A stretch of 64,000 nt of DNA, taken from NCBI GenBank assembly GCA_002269645.1, contig NIVC01001334.1, positions 62,001-126,000 on the forward strand. Direction: 5' to 3'. This DNA is from Macrostomum lignano (lineage: Eukaryota). Positions within the stretch are counted from its first letter, which is position 1. The number at the start of each line of letters is the position of its first letter. The notes below the pieces were generated by a model. It did no database searches and had not been told where the DNA came from. It saw nothing but the letters and a program-made list of their open reading frames with translations. The position numbers and the translations under genes were made by a program. This document shows, piece after piece, positions 58,419-64,000 of the stretch.

Positions 58419-60564
58419 GCCAGTCCTCACCAGTCCCTGAATGCCATCGGGCTGCCAAGAACATCGTCAGGCTCGAAGTCTGCCGAGTCCAGCAGCTGCG
58501 GCAGCAGGTAGCGACTTGTCAGCACAGCGTCCAGAGTCAGGATTCTGCCGCGCCGCCCGCAGGACAGAGTGGTGTAGGTGTCGGCGCAGATCAGCCGGCT
58601 CCTGATAACTGATCGGGCAGAGGATGAACGGGCAACGATCAGCAGTCATCAGCAGTGGCCGTGGTCACAATGGTTGCCATGGGGAGGCCAGAGTCTTACT
58701 GATTGGGATAGATTAGCATCATTTTTTCCAGGTAATACGAAGTACAACTGGAAGTGACTCATGAGCAGCCATGAGCACTTATGAGCAATCATGAGAAACC
58801 ATACCATGAGCAGTCATGATAAACCATACAATGAGCAATCATGAGAAACCATACCATGAGCAGCCATGAGCAGCCATTAGCGGCCATGAGCAGCCATGAG
58901 CAGCCATGAGCAGCCATGAGCAGCCATGATCAGCCATGAGCAGCCATGAGCAGCCATGAGCAGCCATGAGCAGCCATGAGCGGCCATGAGCAGCCATGAG
59001 CAGCCATGAGCAGTCATGAGCTATCCCATAATCTTTCTATTAAATTAATTTTATCAATTACAAAGGCAAAAAGCTCTTGCACACTTAATCACAATTCAGT
59101 TTTTTTATTTTCCTTTTTTTCCACAACAGGATGACGATCAGTTTGTCCTCAGATTGAGTTCAGGATGGGCCGCAGAAGCAAACTGTGCCGCTTCCCCAAC
59201 GGCCATTTCTGTTCTGGTCGGATAAAAAGCAACCCGCGACTTCAGCCCAATTTTCAACAATTCTTCCTGACACCTCGCGTCACCCCCCCCCCAGTCACTC
59301 CCATTGTTGTTGCAGCTCTGCCTTCGAGCCATTCCAGGAAAGGGTGTCAGTCAGCCGCTCAGTTGGTCTTTGTTTGACTGACTGGGGGGGGGGGTGGTTG
59401 CTTTTTTCTCCTTTGAAAGCAGCAAATCCTCCGCGACAGGTCTTTGTTCCTTCTGTTCAGCTGGAGTGCTCAAAGTCAAGCTGCTCCGCTCAACTGGGGA
59501 ACCGTTCTGAAGACTTTTATTGTGCAAAACTAAACTGGTTGCTTTTAATTAGAAACCCAAATCCCATAGAAGGATTTCTAGGAATTCCCCTGCCCCCAAA
59601 TCCCTGGGGAAATTGGATTTCTAGGAATTCCCCTGCTCCAAAATTTTCTAGTGGGATTTCTAGGAATTCCCCTGCTCCCAAATCCCATAGTGGGATTTCT
59701 AGGAACTCCCCTGCTCCCAAATCCCACAGTGGGATTTCTAGGAATTCCCTAGCTCCCAAATCCCATAGTGGGATTTCTAGGAACTCCCCTGCTCCCAAAT
59801 CCCACAGTGGGATTTCTAGGAATTCCCTAGCTCCCAAATCCCATAGTGGGATTTCTAGGAATTCCCCTACTCCCAAATCCCACAGTGGGATTTCTAGGAA
59901 TTCCCCTGCTCCCAAATCCCACAGTGGGATTTCTAGGAATTCCCCTGCTCCCAAATCCTAGAGTGGGATTTATAGGAATTCCCCAGCTCCCAAATCCCAT
60001 AGTGGGATTTCTAGGAATTCCCCTGCTCCCAAATCCCACAGTGGAATTTATAGGAATTCCCCAGCTCCCAAATTCCATAGTGGGATTTCTAGGAATTCCC
60101 CTGCTCCCAAATCCCATAGTGGGATTTCTAGGAATTCCCCTGCTCTCAAATCCCATAGTGGGATTTCTAGGAACTCCCCAGCTCCCTAATCCCATAGTGG
60201 GATTTCTAGGAATTCCCCTGCTCCCTAATTCCATAGTGGGATTTCTAGGAATTCCCCTGCTCCCTAATCCCATAGTGGGATTTCTAGGAATTCCCCACCT
60301 CCCAAATCCCAAAGTGGGATATTTCTTAGCTCATTCCCCCAAGGTTCTCAGGTAAATTCGTATCTCCATTTTCCCTTGGCAACCAGTTGAGCACCCGACC
60401 GAGAGTCGAACCCACGGCTCACCCGGCTCGCACTGGTAAGAAATCTTCAGCCGGTCCAGCAGCCGGTAGCAGGGCGCCAGCTTCAGCGGGTCCTCGGCGT
60501 CGGGCGGCAGCATCGGCTGAGTGAGGTTGCACCGGCTCGACTCCTCGCACTTCAGCTTGGCGGC
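55434..60564 (-). CDS. EVA-1-like type I membrane protein with at least two SUEL/rhamnose-binding (Gal_lectin) domains, Pro-rich stalk, TM and His/Gln-rich tail; 5' end not identified
   Basis: Five hand-spliced exons. Lectin-type cysteine patterns (KLKCEESSRC...PC...LKISYQC; LIC...LSC; GRTQRC...VKRRCDGRHSC...GC...LLFAC) and TM GFVLLAVGAAVGAGALLIAGLAVCAACLA. Architecture matches EVA-1/EVA1C; family assignment not computed. Confidence 0.75.
56222..56585. repeat. 11-12-bp array CTCATTCCATA / CTCATTCCGTAG
   Basis: Direct reading. Confidence 0.93.
56625..56761 (+). repeat. Short dispersed element, copy 2 (intron of EVA-1-like gene), followed by an 11-bp perfect hairpin
   Basis: Identical blocks at 56669-56694 and 56705-56722. 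GAGGCAGCAAC (56728-38) pairs with GTTGCTGCCTC (56751-61). Confidence 0.85.
57604..57825 (-). CDS. EVA-1-like exon D (Pro-rich stalk), phase 1 to 1
   Basis: Acceptor ctcattccccag|TG, donor CTCAG|GTGAGA. Frame of ORF 57557-57856. Confidence 0.7.
57884..58095. repeat. Perfect 10-bp array CGCCCTGCTC x20
   Basis: Direct reading of 57891-58090. Confidence 0.97.
58110..58311 (-). CDS. EVA-1-like exon C (C-terminal half of lectin domain)
   Basis: GRTQRCPDT...VFGEVKRRCDGRHSCTVLAD...GCARPHLLLLFAC. Donor TGCC|GTGAGT. Acceptor phase is off by one base relative to exon B. Confidence 0.75.
58345..58418. repeat. (GACA)n microsatellite filling a ~120-bp intron
   Basis: Direct reading. Confidence 0.95.
58431..58608 (-). 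CDS. EVA-1-like exon B (N-terminal half of next lectin domain), phase 1 to 2
   Basis: Acceptor cctctgcccgatcag|TT, donor GACTG|GTGAGG. Only one open frame: VIRSRLICADTYTTLSCGRRGRILTLDAVL...AFRD. Confidence 0.7.
58760..59020. repeat. 10-bp array GAGCAGCCAT
   Basis: Direct reading. Confidence 0.9.
59565..60312. repeat. 39-bp array GGGATTTCTAGGAATTCCCCTGCTCCCAAATCCCATAGT, ~19 copies
   Basis: 13-aa period GISRNSPAPKSHS. Confidence 0.94.
60423..60564 (-). CDS. EVA-1-like exon A (C-terminal half of a SUEL lectin domain), phase 0 to 1
   Basis: Acceptor ttccacccgcag|GCC, donor GAGCCGG|GTGAGC. Translation AAKLKCEESSRCNLTQPMLPPDAEDPLKLAPCYRLLDRLKISYQCEP. Confidence 0.8.
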
Positions 60565-60624
60565 CTGCGGGTGGAATCGAGGGTGAAGCGAGCCTAATTT
60601 GCCGTAGTTCGGTCCAACTACTGC

Positions 60625-61592
60625 CAACACCCACTCTCCCCAACACCAACTCTCCCCAACACCAACTCTCCCCAACACCCACTCTCCCCAACACCCACTC
60701 TCCCCAGCACACACTCTCCCCAACACCCACTCTCCCCAACACCCACTCTCCCCAACACCCACTCTCCCCAACACCCACTCTCCCCAACACCCACTCTCCC
60801 CAACACCCACTCTCCCCAACACCCACTCTCCCCAACACACTCTCCCCAACACACTCTCCCCAACACCCACTCTCCCCAACACACTCTCCCCAACACACTC
60901 TCCCCAACACACTCTCCCCAACACACTCTCCCCAACACACTCTCCCCAACACACTCTCCCCAACACACTCTCCTCAACACACTCTCCCCAACACACTCTC
61001 CCCAACACACTCTCCCCAACACACTCTCCCCAACACACTCTCCCCAACACCCACTCTCCCCAACACACTCTCCCCAACACCCACTCTCCCCAACACACTC
61101 TCCCCAACACCCACTCTCCCCAACACACTCTCCCCAACACACTCTCCCCAACACACTCTCCCCAACACACTCTCCCCAACACACTCTCCCCAACACACTC
61201 TCCCCAACACACTCTCCCCAACACACTCTCCCCAACACACTCTCCCCAACACCCACTCTCCCCAACACACTCTCCCCAACACACTCTCCCCAACACCCAC
61301 TCTCCCCAACACACTCTCCCCAACACCCACTCTCCCCAACACCCACTCTCCCCAACAACCACTCTCCCCAACACACACTCTCCCACAACACCCACTCTCC
61401 CCAACACCCACTCTCCCCAACACACACTCTCCCCAACACCCACTTTCCCCAACACCCACTCTCCCCAACACACACTCTCCCCAGCACCCACTCTCCCCAA
61501 CACACACTCTCCCCAACACACACTCTCCCCAACACACTCTCCCCAACACCCACTCTCCCCAACACCCACTTTCCCCAACACACACTCTCCCC
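60625..61592. repeat. 14/16-bp array CACTCTCCCCAACA(CC)
   Basis: Direct reading. Confidence 0.95.
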
Positions 61593-62684
61593 AGACGGAC
61601 AAAACTGATATTCAGTCAGCTTGTTGCCCCTGTTGACCTCAATTCAGTTAGGGTGGAGAGCGCAACTCCCATCCATCTCTTCCCAATTCAGTATCCCGAC
61701 GCCAATTTGTCTGTGGGAAATTCTTTCCAGCCTCGCCCGCCCCCCGTACGCGTACTGGTCACCTGCTTGCCATCAAAATGTTTGTGCCTGCACCAACAGG
61801 CCTTAGTGACCATCGCCCTCTCCCATTATCTGCCTCTCGGATTTCTTTCCTGTTGCAGAGCGGCTGCAGCAGCAGAAGTGGTGAGCCATTATTTTCTGTG
61901 CGCAGAACAAACTTATTTTATGCACAATTTCTTTCTTCCCCTATTGAAAAATCCCGGCTCGTTGGAATATGACTAAGCAAATCTGCTGCATTGTGAATTG
62001 CTTGGCTATATAGTTTAGTTTATCTTCAGTAGCAGAAGGTCAAAGCAGGTGCTGTTGCAGCAATTGGTTGCAGCCAAGTGTGACCCGGAAAGCAGTCGGC
62101 TACGGCAGTTATAACTTCTGCAAAAATGTTGTTTTACACGATAGCTTTTACAGTGAGCAGAGTTTGCCTGCTCCAACAGTTATGGGATCAATTTTTATTG
62201 AAAATCCACATCCGGGGACAGAGCAGACGGTTTTATCACTGCCAAATGACTGCCTAATGGATATTTATTGGCCTGTGAGCTGCCCGAACAATTAACTTGT
62301 TTTACAAACCGGGGGAGGGCGGGGGCGCTTTGAAGTTTGCGTTGTAAAATTGAAGAGATTTAATTTGACCTCCGATGGGAAAATATTCACGGGTCAGCCT
62401 TTAATCCTTACCCTAGTCCTGAGTATTGAGCAATTCATCATTTTGATACGAATAATCTTGCTAGCTTGACTGATTCTTGCCTACCAATACAATCTATATA
62501 AGACAGTTCTGAATGATTATTGTGTGTTTGTAGCAGAGAAAGAATTTCTAGCTGCGAATCAGGAAGAGTAGATGGAGTGGGATGAATGAAATGGCTTAAG
62601 ATGTGAAAGAGAGGCAGATATGCGCAAGGAGTTTTTATTGGAGCGGCAGCAACCATAAGAGATGCCAATATTCGCTGTCTTGGT

Positions 62685-63262
62685 TGGCGCCCCTGTCTAT
62701 GAGGTGGGCGCCCCTGTCTCTTAGGTGGGCGCCCCTGTCTATGAGGTGGGCGCCCCTGTCTCTTAGGTTGGTGCCCCTGTCTCTTAGGTGGGCGCCCCTG
62801 TCTCTTAGGTGGGCGCCCCTGTCTATGAGGTGGGCGCCCCTGTCTCTTAGGTTGGCGCCCCTGTCTCTTAGGTGGGCGCCCCTGTCTCTTAGGTGGGCGC
62901 CCCTGTCTCTTAGGTTGGCGCCCCTGTCTCTTAGGTGGGCGCCCCTGTCTCTTAGGTTGGCGCCCCTGTCTCTTAGGTTGGCGCCCCTGTCTCTTTGGTT
63001 GGAGTCCCTGTCTCTTAGGTTGGCGCCCCTGTCTCTTAGGTGGGCGCCCCTGTCTCTTAGGTGGGCGCCCCTGTCTCTTAGGTGGGCGCCCCTGTCTCTT
63101 AGGTGGGCGCCCCTGTCTATGAGGTGGGCGCCCCTGTCTATGAGGTGGGCGCCCCTGTCTATGAGGTGGGCGCCCCTGTCTATGAGGTGGGCGCCCCTGT
63201 CTATGAGGTGGGCGCCCCTGTCTCTTAGGTTGGCGCCCCTGTCTCTTAGGTTGGCGCCCCTG
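62685..63262. repeat. 21-bp array GTGGGCGCCCCTGTCTCTTAG, ~27 copies
   Basis: 7-aa period LRWAPLS. Confidence 0.95.
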
Positions 63263-64000
63263 CCTCTTGGTGGTCGCGCCGCCCCCTGTCATCCAGGTCT
63301 CTAAGAGTTGGCGAAAAGTTGAGCTCCTGTCATATTTTTTTTCATTTTTTTTCACTCAGTTTTTTGAGGAGCGCAAGGTTCTTGCGGGGGCGATTGGGGG
63401 GCCAACCCCCCCCCCTGCACCCTCTGCATACGCCACTAGGAGGGATGGAACCACATGCCCAAGCGCTGTCAAGAAGTTCAAAACCGGTTAAGAAACAAAA
63501 AGTTCTCAAACAGACATTTCCAACCCTCCAGCTCAAGGCCCGGCAGTAAATTTAGGGGGTTAGACTCATAAAAGCGTGAGCGGCAGGGGTCCGCGGCACC
63601 CAACACGCAAGCTCATGCTCAACCGGACGGCAGATATGAAACGCATACTCCGAGTAGTTTCTCTTCCACCCCAGCCCTCGCCAAAGCTTTTGAAGCTCCG
63701 TGAATTGCCTATACTGTTCCTTCTAGCGGAACATTTTGCTGCTCGGCGAGCTGCGCCAGAGCCGATCAGATATTGGCGCCAGGGGAGCTGGGGGCAGCAG
63801 TTGGGGTTGGAGGCCAGGGGGAAGCTCCACGGGCCCTGCACCCCAGCACAGCCCCCCTCCCGGCGCGATGCATGGACCCAGGAGGTCTCAGAGCCGGAAC
63901 CTGGAGAGTCAGGGCTCTCCTGACCTCGCGTAAAAAATATACGCGATCTGGAGCGATAGCCTTTGAGTTAGTGTTGATAGGAGTTCGAAAGCTCGAAACT

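Noticed and set aside
58700-58747. Minus-strand acceptor/donor pair as an extra EVA-1-like exon
   Set aside because: It contains an in-frame TGA in the required phase, and exons A and B join in frame without it.
61859-61880. Plus-strand 22-nt acceptor/donor pair
   Set aside because: No supporting partner exons or open context. It would be antisense to the EVA-1-like gene and not frame-neutral.
62068-62295. SLPNDCLMDI resembling an F-box start
   Set aside because: A stop follows within ~10 codons, there are no splice signals to extend it, and the similarity is too short.
63566-63933. GC-rich ORFs near the window end as the first exon of the EVA-1-like gene or a new gene
   Set aside because: No signal peptide, recognisable domain or convincing minus-strand donor; cannot be supported.

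Overview
Eukaryotic (metazoan) genomic DNA, not prokaryotic. GC-rich exons are separated by GT-AG introns packed with minisatellites. The style suggests a free-living flatworm such as Macrostomum, but that is inference only. The + strand carries the 3' part of a giant Fat-like atypical cadherin gene (FAT1/FAT3/Drosophila fat2-kugelei type). I reconstructed 18 exons from 9506 to the stop at 52965, about 3,370 codons, encoding ~20 cadherin repeats, one Laminin-G, four EGF repeats, a TM helix and a cytoplasmic tail with GFHWDNSDW. The 5' exons lie upstream of the window. Splice phases are consistent throughout except for one apparent 1-bp deletion at 46226-46228 and an ambiguous exon 4/5 junction. 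Convergent with it on the - strand (60564 to 55434) are five exons of an EVA-1-like type I membrane protein with SUEL/rhamnose-binding lectin domains; its 5' end was not found. Bases 1-7958 contain a ~3.5-kb block repeated at a 4,542-bp spacing, bounded by microsatellites. About 50 tandem arrays (unit 4-47 bp) fill almost every intron, and most long ORFs in the supplied track are repeat artefacts or antisense shadows of GC-rich exons. The main signal is how the arrays relate to splicing: they abut or supply splice sites, one inverted pair brackets a frame-neutral exon, two arrays are antisense to the adjacent 5' splice site, and one grew out of the stop codon. Repeat boundaries and copy numbers were read by eye and are approximate.
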